Positions 47,484 to 56,183 of a stretch of 64,000 nt of DNA are shown piece after piece. Positions within the stretch are counted from its first letter, which is position 1; each line of letters begins with the position of its first letter. The stretch comes from Elusimicrobiota bacterium. GTDB taxonomy: Bacteria > Elusimicrobiota > Endomicrobiia > Endomicrobiales > JBDRNC01. The stretch covers positions 1-64,000 of the forward strand of contig JBDRNC010000028.1 in NCBI GenBank assembly GCA_043811535.1, given 5' to 3'. Made by a program: the position numbers and the translations under genes. The notes beneath the pieces are model-generated. The model did no database searches and was not told where the DNA came from. It saw only the letters and a list, made by a program, of their open reading frames with translations.

Positions 47484-49667
47484 ATGCTCAATCAGGAATC
47501 TGCGGGCAATCTCGTCAAACTGCTTCACCTGTCGATAACGTATCTGCGGATCTACCCTCCCACAAGCCCTATGGTCGCGGATACGGTTGACGCTTTTTTT
47601 AAGTATCTCCAGGCGGAGTTGAAGGTATCAAAATCCGTATCTTTCAGCGAGCTTTCGGGCAAACTTATCATTAACGGGATCGAATCCGATAATAAAGAGA
47701 TCCAGATGATATCCAACATGATACTCAAGCTGTTTGCCCAGAGGAAGTTTCAGAGCATCACATTCCATCGCGAACTGATAAAAGAAGAACTTACTGATTT
47801 TCTGACCAATATACTAAGGAAAAGAAGACACGAGATGCCGGGATACACGAATATAGCGCTGGACCAGACGGTTTATGTCGCGCTCGTTAAAGGCGAAGAA
47901 GCCATCGTCAAGATAAGCGAAACGATACAGAATTCCGGAGGAGAGATATTGGGCCTGATAAAATCTATAAGGGAATCTTATGACCTTATAGATCAGCTGC
48001 CCGACCAGGGCGTAAAAGAGCAGGCGCAGGACCATCTTGCGCAGGAGCTTTCAAAGCAGAACCCGGCCGTGCTCAGGGAGATTTTCGACAGGGAGCTTCC
48101 GTTAAAGATCGAGGAATCGGGCCTTAAGAAACGCCTTTTAAGCACGCTTTCGCAGGATAAAATACAGGAAATATTCGGTGAAATATCCTCGTGGTATGCA
48201 GCGATAAGGGAAAAAGAAACTTCGGATTTCGCGGCCGTGGACCAGCTGGATAAACTGCAGAAATTCATGAAAACAATACTTCAGGCGCCGGCCGCGAAGG
48301 AGATCCCGCGCCAGTTTTTCGAAGAGCTTATCCGGAAAGGACTGCTCGAACAGCTTCCCGACTGGTTTTCCACGACACCTTCCAAACCTACTACTGTTTA
48401 CGAGGTCGAGAAGCTTGTGGAAAAGTCCGCTTCGGATCTTCTTGAAAAGGAAGTCCGCGACGCGCTTCCCCAGATGGTTGAAAAGCTCTGCCAGATAGAG
48501 AACAACGAGCTTATCGGAAAACTCCTTGAAAAGATACTTGAAAATTTAAAGAACTCGGCCCCGAAGATACGCTTGCTCGCCATACAGTCCATGGCGGCCA
48601 TCTACGAAGTTCTGCAGGCGCATAACAAGGAACAACTTCTCCGCTATATCGAGCTTCCTCTCCTGGAAACAGCCAGGCAGGAAACCTCGGTAGAGGTGCA
48701 CTATTACATGCTGGAGATATTGCGCATGCGCGCCCGCCAGAATCTCCTGCATGGCGAATATGATTTCGCAATCCGCATAATCGACCTGATGCGACAGCAC
48801 GTGTCGCCCGAAATAGTCAGCGACCAAAAAATCCTTGCGAACGCTGTTAAATCAATGGATCGCCTGGTGCCCGAGATATTCGACGTGCTTGTATCCGATC
48901 TTAAATCCGATAATGAGATAAAAAGGCTGGGCAGCCTGCAGATCCTGACAAAATTCGGCGAAAAGGCGGTCGACCCGCTTATTAGGGTGATAAAGGAAAG
49001 CCAGGAGATCAGATCCTTAAAGCTCGCCGCCTCCGTCCTGCGCGCGATCGGCGATAAGGCGAAATTAAGATTTTATGACGAGCTTAATCTGGGCCTTACC
49101 GCAGCTGAAATAAAGAATTTCATATCGGTCCTGCAGGATCTCGGCCCCGTGGAGAATGTTGAACAGCTGAGCGCTCTTCTTAATTTTCCGGATATTGAAG
49201 TGAAAAAAGACATCATGCGGTTTCTGGCAAAACTGAACATAAACCAGTCAAAGATACTTCTGATAGAGCAGCTTAAGAGCAGGGATACTCAGATAATCAA
49301 CGAAGGCGTCCTTCTGCTCGGAGAGCTTCGTTGCAAAGAAGCCGTTCCGGCCCTTGTCAAGCTGCTGCACTCGCGCTGGCTACCTACGACGATACAGGAA
49401 GACATCTGTATAGCTCTCGGTTCCATCGCGGATTACAAGGCCTCCGAACCGCTCATACAGAAGGTAAAAAAGAAACCCAGTATATTTTCTGATAATAAGA
49501 CGGGAATTGAAAGGGTCCGCATGCGCGCCGCGTGGGCGCTGAGAAAGTTCTCCGGAACCAGCGTAGAGTCTGCGCTTGAATCAGCCTCGAAGGAAAAGAT
49601 CGCTCCCGTGGCATTAACGGCGAAAGAATCCCTGGCGATAATAAGACAAGGAAAAATGCAGAAATAG
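47484..49667 (+). CDS. Large helical HEAT-repeat protein
   Basis: 727-aa ORF, AGGAG SD; C-terminal HEAT repeats (EAVPALVKLL, ICIALGSI, VRMRAAWALR). Confidence 0.8.
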   Translation: MLNQESAGNLVKLLHLSITYLRIYPPTSPMVADTVDAFFKYLQAELKVSKSVSFSELSGKLIINGIESDNKEIQMISNMILKLFAQRKFQSITFHRELIKEELTDFLTNILRKRRHEMPGYTNIALDQTVYVALVKGEEAIVKISETIQNSGGEILGLIKSIRESYDLIDQLPDQGVKEQAQDHLAQELSKQNPAVLREIFDRELPLKIEESGLKKRLLSTLSQDKIQEIFGEISSWYAAIREKETSDFAAVDQLDKLQKFMKTILQAPAAKEIPRQFFEELIRKGLLEQLPDWFSTTPSKPTTVYEVEKLVEKSASDLLEKEVRDALPQMVEKLCQIENNELIGKLLEKILENLKNSAPKIRLLAIQSMAAIYEVLQAHNKEQLLRYIELPLLETARQETSVEVHYYMLEILRMRARQNLLHGEYDFAIRIIDLMRQHVSPEIVSDQKILANAVKSMDRLVPEIFDVLVSDLKSDNEIKRLGSLQILTKFGEKAVDPLIRVIKESQEIRSLKLAASVLRAIGDKAKLRFYDELNLGLTAAEIKNFISVLQDLGPVENVEQLSALLNFPDIEVKKDIMRFLAKLNINQSKILLIEQLKSRDTQIINEGVLLLGELRCKEAVPALVKLLHSRWLPTTIQEDICIALGSIADYKASEPLIQKVKKKPSIFSDNKTGIERVRMRAAWALRKFSGTSVESALESASKEKIAPVALTAKESLAIIRQGKMQK

Positions 49668-49669
49668 CC

Positions 49670-49790
49670 AAATGGCTAATTAACTACATGGCCATATGGC
49701 TTAATTGCTAAATTGCCAAAGACTTTAACCATTTAGCCATTCAGCAGTTTAGCCATGGTGTTATAATTTATTAGCAATTCAGCCATTTAG
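49670..49790. repeat. Dispersed octamer-based element, copy 3 (inverted)
   Basis: Reverse complement of about 44521-44633 with few differences. Confidence 0.85.
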
Positions 49791-49802
49791 ATAGTATCTA
49801 TC

Positions 49803-50204
49803 ATGCTAACTGAATTTACAGTTAAAAGCCGCTCCAGGACTGAATTCATCAATATCACCGGACAGGTAAGCGATATTGTTTCTAAAAGCAAGACAAATAA
49901 CGGCATCTGTCACATTTTTGTTCCCCATACAACCGCTGGGCTTTTAATCAACGAAAATGCCGATCCTGATGTTCCTTCCGATATAATATCACAGATGGGG
50001 AAAATGGTCCCGCAGAGCGCGGGTTATTCCCATTCTGAAGGAAATTCAGCAGCGCACATCAAGTCCTGCCTTGTTGGAATCTCAAAAGAGGTTATAATAG
50101 AAAATGGCAGGCTTTTGCTCGGGACATGGCAGGGAATATTTTTCGCGGAGTTCGACGGCCCCAGAATAAGGAAAGTGTTTGTTAAAATATTAAAAGAAGT
50201 GTAA
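49803..50204 (+). CDS. yjbQ: YjbQ / UPF0047 family protein
   Basis: PHTTAGLLINENADPDV, HSEGNSAAHIK, LGTWQGIFFAEFDGPR. Confidence 0.93.
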   Translation: MLTEFTVKSRSRTEFINITGQVSDIVSKSKTNNGICHIFVPHTTAGLLINENADPDVPSDIISQMGKMVPQSAGYSHSEGNSAAHIKSCLVGISKEVIIENGRLLLGTWQGIFFAEFDGPRIRKVFVKILKEV

Positions 50205-50262
50205 TGTTTAATGTTGAATGTGTAATGAAAATAGTTGATTAACCGTCTTGTTCATTATACAT
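50203..50262. repeat. Short inverted heptamer array (TGTGTAA family) between convergent genes
   Basis: atgtttaatgttgaatgtgtaatgaa ... ttcattatacat. Confidence 0.6.
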
Positions 50263-50276
50263 ATCGCCGTTTAGCC

Positions 50277-51431
50277 TCAATACTTTACTTCCTTCAGCGC
50301 TTTCATACTGAGCTGGTAAAGCTTGCCCACGCCTTCCGCCGAAACCCAGATGTATTTTCCGTCCCATCCGACGCTCGCCAATTTGTTCCTGTCAGCTTTG
50401 AACAGCGCGACTTCATAAACGCCCCTAACGTTAAGGTCGGCCGAGTTAACTTTATATATCTTGCTTGTTTTGAAATCCCCGATAAAATAATAATCCCCTT
50501 CCCGGAACATTCCGCACGGATTCACCGCGGGGCTGTCGTATATGCCTACTATTGAAAGCGTTTCGTCCATTTTATGCTTATAGATCTTCGCGGCGTCGCT
50601 GTCTATCACCCATAGGTTGGCGCCATCGTAATACAGTCCCGCAGGATTAGTGTCCGGAAGCGCGTAAATCGCGACCGCGGTAAGGGAGTTGTCCAGCTTG
50701 TGCTTGTATATCCTTCTTTCCACTGAATTGCATGACCATAGATATTCTCCGTCGAAAGCGAGGCCCATCGGCTGGGTGTTTCCGGTCTTGTAAACGGAAG
50801 CTATTGAAAGTTTCTTATCGCTGTTATGCTGGTAGATGTTTCCAGTGACCCAGTCGCTTACCCAGAGATTCGGCTGGATCCAGCATATCCCGGTCGGATT
50901 CGAATAGGGTATTGAATACTCCTGCATTCCGCTCGGACTTGATAAAAACATCACCGCGGCCGCGATTACCGCTACTACGGCTGCCGCTCCCGCTATTAAC
51001 GGCACGGGCAAGCCGGTCTTCATCCCTTCTTTCTTGACGGCCGCCACAGGTGCAGTCGCCGTGCCGCTTGAAAGAGCCTGTACAGCCTTATTGACGACCT
51101 TCAGAACCTCGTCTATCTTGAACGGCTTGCTGATATAGTCAAAGGCTCCGAGCTTGAGCGAATTCACCGCTGTTTCAACATCGGCAAACCCGGAAAGCAT
51201 TATGCATTTGACGTTGGGATTTATCCTCTTGAGTTCCGCCAGCACCTCCAGCCCGTCCATGTCCGGAACCCTCATATCCAGCAGCGCAAGGTCGGGGATT
51301 TCGCGTTTCCCCACTTCTATCGCCTGACTGCCGTCCTCTGCCGTGAAAAGCGTGTGCCCCGTAGGCTTAAGTATATTGAAGACAATATTCCTGAGACCGG
51401 ACTCGTCGTCCATTATTAGAATCTTTACCAT
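50277..51431 (-). CDS. Response regulator: receiver + TM helix + C-terminal beta-propeller
   Basis: ILIMDDE, LLDMRVPDMDG, SKPF; TM LIAGAAAVVAVIAAAVMFL; five P-x-G-(L/I)-x-x-DG-x-x-LW-like repeats. Confidence 0.88.
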   Translation of the reverse strand: MVKILIMDDESGLRNIVFNILKPTGHTLFTAEDGSQAIEVGKREIPDLALLDMRVPDMDGLEVLAELKRINPNVKCIMLSGFADVETAVNSLKLGAFDYISKPFKIDEVLKVVNKAVQALSSGTATAPVAAVKKEGMKTGLPVPLIAGAAAVVAVIAAAVMFLSSPSGMQEYSIPYSNPTGICWIQPNLWVSDWVTGNIYQHNSDKKLSIASVYKTGNTQPMGLAFDGEYLWSCNSVERRIYKHKLDNSLTAVAIYALPDTNPAGLYYDGANLWVIDSDAAKIYKHKMDETLSIVGIYDSPAVNPCGMFREGDYYFIGDFKTSKIYKVNSADLNVRGVYEVALFKADRNKLASVGWDGKYIWVSAEGVGKLYQLSMKALKEVKY

Positions 51432-51453
51432 TTCATTTCCTTTTTGAATAAAT

Positions 51454-52695
51454 CTAAATATTAACTTTATTAAGTTTTTTCATGCAGTACCGCGTAACTT
51501 TACTCACGCCTTGATAAGCCACCCAGATACATTTGCCGTCAAATGTTATGGACGTTATTGCGGAAGTATATTTTTCGCTTTTTGGGACTTCGTAAATGCC
51601 TTCCAGCATGAAGTCGCTTTGCCTTACCTTGTAAAGCTTATTGGAGAGGGCGCCTAGTATGAAAAAACTATCCTTTTCACCGAACATGCAGCGGGGGTTT
51701 TTTACGGGACAGTCAAATTCCGCGGCGACGCTCAGTTTTTCGTCCATGTTGTGCCTGTACGCCTTGCTTGCCTGAAAATCAAGCGACCACAGGTTCTTTC
51801 CGTCAAAATAGAGCCCGGAAGGATTTGTGCCTGGGCTCGCGTAGCTTGTTTTAACAGCGTACACCGGACTCATTTCCAAAACGTGTATCTTGCTTTCAAA
51901 GGAATCCGATATCCATGCCTTTTTTCCGTCCGTCGCCACGCCCGCGGGCTGTATTCCGCCGGGCAGCTCCTGGCTCGGATAAGCCGCTTCTTCCTTTATG
52001 CCGAATTTCGATATCTGGCCGGCAACCCAATCGGTAATCCAAAGGTTATCATTGTAATAACAGAGCGACGAAGGATTGGCCGCCTTGATGTCAAACTCAG
52101 CCGTGCTTGCCACCCCCATGTAGTTCTGCCAGAAGAAATAGCCGCCGGCGCCTAAAGCCGCAACCGCCAAAAATAATACCGCTATCTTCAAAAAAAATCC
52201 CGCGCCGGGTTTTGCGGCGCCCTTCTTTTCTCTCTGCGCCGCGATGGGCGGCTTCATCGCAGGCTGGCCGGGTTTTTGGGGCTGAGACACTCTTGTATTG
52301 AGGTGTTCCCCCGGCATAGCAGGAACTTGCGAAGTTTTCGCAAGCGCCTTTCCGAGCATCTGGACAAGCGCGTCAACTTTGAAGGGTTTTGAAAGATGGT
52401 CATAGGCTCCGGCTTTTACAAGCTCTATCGCGGAATCCACGTCGCCGAAACCCGACAGAACTATAACGGGAATTTCCGGATTGATTTTTTTTATCTCAGC
52501 AAGCAGGTCGGGGCCGTCCATGTCGGGCAGGCGGATATCCATCAGCACGGCATCCGGGGACTCTTTGCCGCAAAAAGCCAGACCGGACGCGGCGTCATCC
52601 GCGTCAAGCACTGTATATCCCTGCGGCACGAGGATTTTAGCGATTACCTTCCTCATGCCGGTTTCGTTGTCTATGACGATGATTTTCGGCGGCAT
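51454..52695 (-). CDS. Response regulator: receiver + Pro-rich linker + TM helix + beta-propeller (paralog)
   Basis: IVIDNE, LMDIRLPDMDG, SKPF; TM IAVLFLAVAALGAGGYFFW; repeats PSGLYFDGKNLW, PAGVATDGKKAW. Confidence 0.88.
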   Translation of the reverse strand: MPPKIIVIDNETGMRKVIAKILVPQGYTVLDADDAASGLAFCGKESPDAVLMDIRLPDMDGPDLLAEIKKINPEIPVIVLSGFGDVDSAIELVKAGAYDHLSKPFKVDALVQMLGKALAKTSQVPAMPGEHLNTRVSQPQKPGQPAMKPPIAAQREKKGAAKPGAGFFLKIAVLFLAVAALGAGGYFFWQNYMGVASTAEFDIKAANPSSLCYYNDNLWITDWVAGQISKFGIKEEAAYPSQELPGGIQPAGVATDGKKAWISDSFESKIHVLEMSPVYAVKTSYASPGTNPSGLYFDGKNLWSLDFQASKAYRHNMDEKLSVAAEFDCPVKNPRCMFGEKDSFFILGALSNKLYKVRQSDFMLEGIYEVPKSEKYTSAITSITFDGKCIWVAYQGVSKVTRYCMKKLNKVNI

Positions 52696-52696
52696 C

Positions 52697-54079
52697 TTAC
52701 GCGGCCCCGTTTCCCGAAGAATTAAGGAGAAGGCTTATAGTTACTGTTGTTCCCTTGTCTTTTACGCTTTCCAGCCCGAGCGTGCTCCTGTGGAGATCTA
52801 TTATTCTTTTAGCCGCGGTCAATCCGAGGCCTTTGTGGTTTTTCTTTGACGAAAAGTACGGCTGGCAGACCTTTTTTATGTGGTTTTCCGATATCCCTGA
52901 ACCAGTATCCGTTATCTTCACGATTATCGCGTCTTTTGCCTTGTCATATAACGTCGTCAGCGTCATTTGGCCGCCGTTCGGCATCGCTTCAATGGAGTTC
53001 TCCATGAGGTGCATAAGGCTTTCCTGCATCAGTTTTGGATCGCCGTTGAACTGCGGAATATCAGCCGCTAAATTTTTGGTGACTGATATCTTTTGAAGCG
53101 TTATCCTTGATTCGAGATGTTTATTCGCCGCTTCAAGCAGGCTGTTGATATTGAGAGGCTGATTCGCCATTTCAGGCACTCTTGCAAGCGCGAGGAAATC
53201 TTCAATGGACCTGAGCATGTCCTGCACGTTCTGGTCCACGACTTTCAGCTGCTCTTCAAGCTCCGGTTCCACCTTGAAATTCGCGAGCGCCAGCTGAACG
53301 GTCCCCGACATTATTCCAAGATAATTTCTCACCCTGTGCGCGAAACCGCGCGCGAGGTCCTCCAATATCGTGAAATGCTCCTGTTCGCGTTCCTTGAGGT
53401 TTGCCAGGCGCATGCCCATCTGGCCCGTCATGCCCGATACCTCGCCCTCAAGTTTTGACCATTTTTCCTTTTCCTGCATGAATATCTTTTCTTTTTCCGA
53501 CAGCATCTGCGCGACTTCTTTTTTCTCTGTCTCGAGTTTCTCCAGACGCGTTTTCGCCTCTTCCTCATTTTTCCTGAGCGTTTCTTCAAGTTCTCTCAGG
53601 TGCCTGGACGCCTGCTCGGGTATCATTTCCATGCCCGGTACCCCCGCCGCCGGCGAGACGCTCACCCCGGCTTCCCGGCCGAGCTGGTTCTTCAGTATCT
53701 TATTCTCCGTTTCGGCTTCTTTCAGCCTGGATTCCCACTGCAGTTTTGTTTTCTCCAGTTCGGCCTCAACCTCTTTGGCCTTAAGACGGTCCTCAAGCAA
53801 CAGTTTTTCGTGTTCCCAGCGCCTTTCAAGTTCCTTGAGTTTCCAGTCCAGCTCTTTTATGGACATTTCATGCGAGAAAGCCTGGTCCTGAAGGTTTTTC
53901 TTCTCTTCTTCCTTTATTTGGAGTTTCTTTTCCCAAAGCATCATCTCTTCGTCGTAGCGGCGCTTCCAGAAATCCGCGACGGATATCGCGTCGACTACCT
54001 GCATCATCTCGGGGTCAGCGGGCAGTTCGGTTTGTATTTTTTTCAATTCTTCTTCTATCCAGCTCCAAGAATCGTCCAT
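52697..54079 (-). CDS. Soluble histidine kinase with long N-terminal coiled coil
   Basis: H-box FAHRVRNYL, N-box HLMENSIEAM, DTGSGI, PYFSSK, GLGL; E/K-rich N-terminus with no TM. Confidence 0.9.
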   Translation of the reverse strand: MDDSWSWIEEELKKIQTELPADPEMMQVVDAISVADFWKRRYDEEMMLWEKKLQIKEEEKKNLQDQAFSHEMSIKELDWKLKELERRWEHEKLLLEDRLKAKEVEAELEKTKLQWESRLKEAETENKILKNQLGREAGVSVSPAAGVPGMEMIPEQASRHLRELEETLRKNEEEAKTRLEKLETEKKEVAQMLSEKEKIFMQEKEKWSKLEGEVSGMTGQMGMRLANLKEREQEHFTILEDLARGFAHRVRNYLGIMSGTVQLALANFKVEPELEEQLKVVDQNVQDMLRSIEDFLALARVPEMANQPLNINSLLEAANKHLESRITLQKISVTKNLAADIPQFNGDPKLMQESLMHLMENSIEAMPNGGQMTLTTLYDKAKDAIIVKITDTGSGISENHIKKVCQPYFSSKKNHKGLGLTAAKRIIDLHRSTLGLESVKDKGTTVTISLLLNSSGNGAA

Positions 54080-54090
54080 GTTAACTCCTA

Positions 54091-54172
54091 AGGGTCAAGG
54101 GTCCAGGGTCCAGGATTAATAAAGACTTGTCGTTTTTGTTACCGGCCCCTGGTCCCTGGCTACTGGACCCTG
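54091..54172. repeat. Inverted heptamer array (GGGTCCA / TGGACCC)
   Basis: agggtcaagggtccagggtccagg ... cctggtccctggctactggaccctg. Confidence 0.8.
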
Positions 54173-54175
54173 TCT

Positions 54176-56164
54176 TTACGGTATCACTATCTCCTGGCCT
54201 GGCATGACCTGGCCGCCGACTATCTTATTCGTGTTCGCCTTATATATATCCTTCCACTTGCTGCTGTCATTATAGTATTTCTGAGCGATACTGCGCAAAT
54301 TCTCGCCCGCTTGCACAATATGCTTGCGCGGCCCTGCGGGTTTAGGTTTTTCCGCGGCCGGTTTCTTTATCTCCTTCTCGGGCTCTTTCTTGGCAGGTTC
54401 CTTCGGAGTTTCGGTCGCCGCCTCTTTCGACGGCGCCGCGGTTTCCTCGGAGTTATCGGGAGTAATGACCCTTATCGGCACCACATCAGGAATATTCCGC
54501 GGCTGCGCGCTCTGCGTGCCCTGCATGCCGGGAAGAACGGCCGGTTCGGTCGTCTGCGTAGAAGGTATCTGGGGCGTTATGACCTGAACAGGTTTCACTT
54601 CGATCGGCTTGCCTCCGGCACCCGGCGCGCCGCCTTTTTCAGCCTGCTGTTCGCCCGTAACTATCCTCTCCGCGCTTTTGGATGTAACCGGTATGACAAG
54701 CACCTGGTCGGGTTTCAAGGCGCCGCCCCTGCCTATATTCTTCCGGTTAATCTGGTATATTTCATCCCAGTATTTCGCGTCACCGTAGTATTTCTCCGCG
54801 ATTGATTGCAGCGTATCGCCGCGTTTCACAACGTGCCTTATTTCCTTTGCTTCCTTTACCGCGGGGCCCGTTACGGGCGTCTTACCTTCGCGCGCCTCGG
54901 TCTTTGCCGCTTTTATCCGGTCCCTTATCCTCATCGTTGCTTCTTCAAGCAGAACTTCCTCTAGTTTTCTCTTTTCCGCTTCCGTAGCCGCAAGGTTGCT
55001 CTCGAGATTCTTGTTCTTCTCCTGCAGCTCGGAGTAATAATACTCGAGGCTCCCCGGCTCCACTTCTTCCTTTGACTTGCTTCCGAAACGGAATATGAAG
55101 CTCATGCGGTGTGTGCCGCTCACTTCTTTAATCCCGTTCAGCGGATACTGGAAAGCGTAATCTATCTGGAATGAATTGATGTCGAAAGAAAATCCTAAAG
55201 ACGGCTGCACATAATTGAGCCCGCCCATTGTTATGCCGGCTCTCGCGGCAAACAGGTCGACTATCCATTTCTCCATGCCAAACGAGCCGTACCACAGGTT
55301 GGAGCGGTAAATGCAGTCTGCGGCCCATTTCATGTCCTTCTGTCGCCAGCTTATCCCCAGGCGGCCGGTCATCGGCAGCTGGTCCTTTTCCTTGAGGCCC
55401 AGGTCCGGCTGGTTTATGTCGGTCGCCGACAAGCCTATGAAAAGGCGCGGCAGGAGATTGTATATGGCGCCGGCGTCTATGCTGAAGGCCTGCACGGTAT
55501 TTTTGTTCCCGTAATCAAAAACCGGGCTCCGCTCAAGGTATTGGTCTATCGCATAGTTTTCCCTCAGTATTTTTAAGTTGAATCCGTACGAAAACCTTTC
55601 TTTCACCGATTTGCCGAAGCTCAGATAATACGCGGATTCCTGGTAGTAATCAAGCAGCGTGAAAGTCCTTGCTGCGGCTGAAACCGTAAACATGTGCACC
55701 TTTTTAGTCTGGAACCGCGTCGCTTCGGGAGCCGCCGTGGACATGTTCAGTTCCGCCGCGCCTGTCGCGCTCTTCGTTCCTCCGCTTTCCGAAAAAGCTT
55801 CCGTTCTTTCAAGTTTGAAGAAAGGAACCGCAACGGATATGAATGAAAGCGACAGGTCCGATCCGTCGTCAAGGCCGATCCACAGTTTTCCGTAATCGGT
55901 GCCGAGTTGGCCTCGCCTCAGGAAACCAAGGCTTGCCGGGTTATAATAAAACCCGAACGGATCCTCTCCGAACGACACGCAGGCCCCCGCCATGCCGACA
56001 GAACGCGCTCCCGCGCCCAGGTCGTCAAAGTCAGAATAGACGGAAGAAGGAAGAAGGAAGAGGGAAGCAATTATAAAAAGAATTCCCAAATTCTTCAAAT
56101 TCCCTTTCTTTAACATCGATAATGTTTTATATATTTCTCTCATTATTTTTCTTCCGTCTTCCAT
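54176..56164 (-). CDS. PorP/SprF- or PorV-like outer-membrane barrel fused to coiled coil and two LysM domains
   Basis: Signal peptide; GAGARSVGMAGA..FYYNPASL; IDYAFQYPL..GTHRMSFIFRF barrel end; LysM HVVKRGDTLQSIAEKYYG and HIVQAGENLRSIAQKYYN. True start is probably downstream of 56164. Confidence 0.82.
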   Translation of the reverse strand: MEDGRKIMREIYKTLSMLKKGNLKNLGILFIIASLFLLPSSVYSDFDDLGAGARSVGMAGACVSFGEDPFGFYYNPASLGFLRRGQLGTDYGKLWIGLDDGSDLSLSFISVAVPFFKLERTEAFSESGGTKSATGAAELNMSTAAPEATRFQTKKVHMFTVSAAARTFTLLDYYQESAYYLSFGKSVKERFSYGFNLKILRENYAIDQYLERSPVFDYGNKNTVQAFSIDAGAIYNLLPRLFIGLSATDINQPDLGLKEKDQLPMTGRLGISWRQKDMKWAADCIYRSNLWYGSFGMEKWIVDLFAARAGITMGGLNYVQPSLGFSFDINSFQIDYAFQYPLNGIKEVSGTHRMSFIFRFGSKSKEEVEPGSLEYYYSELQEKNKNLESNLAATEAEKRKLEEVLLEEATMRIRDRIKAAKTEAREGKTPVTGPAVKEAKEIRHVVKRGDTLQSIAEKYYGDAKYWDEIYQINRKNIGRGGALKPDQVLVIPVTSKSAERIVTGEQQAEKGGAPGAGGKPIEVKPVQVITPQIPSTQTTEPAVLPGMQGTQSAQPRNIPDVVPIRVITPDNSEETAAPSKEAATETPKEPAKKEPEKEIKKPAAEKPKPAGPRKHIVQAGENLRSIAQKYYNDSSKWKDIYKANTNKIVGGQVMPGQEIVIP

Positions 56165-56183
56165 CTTCCGTCTTCATTCTGAT

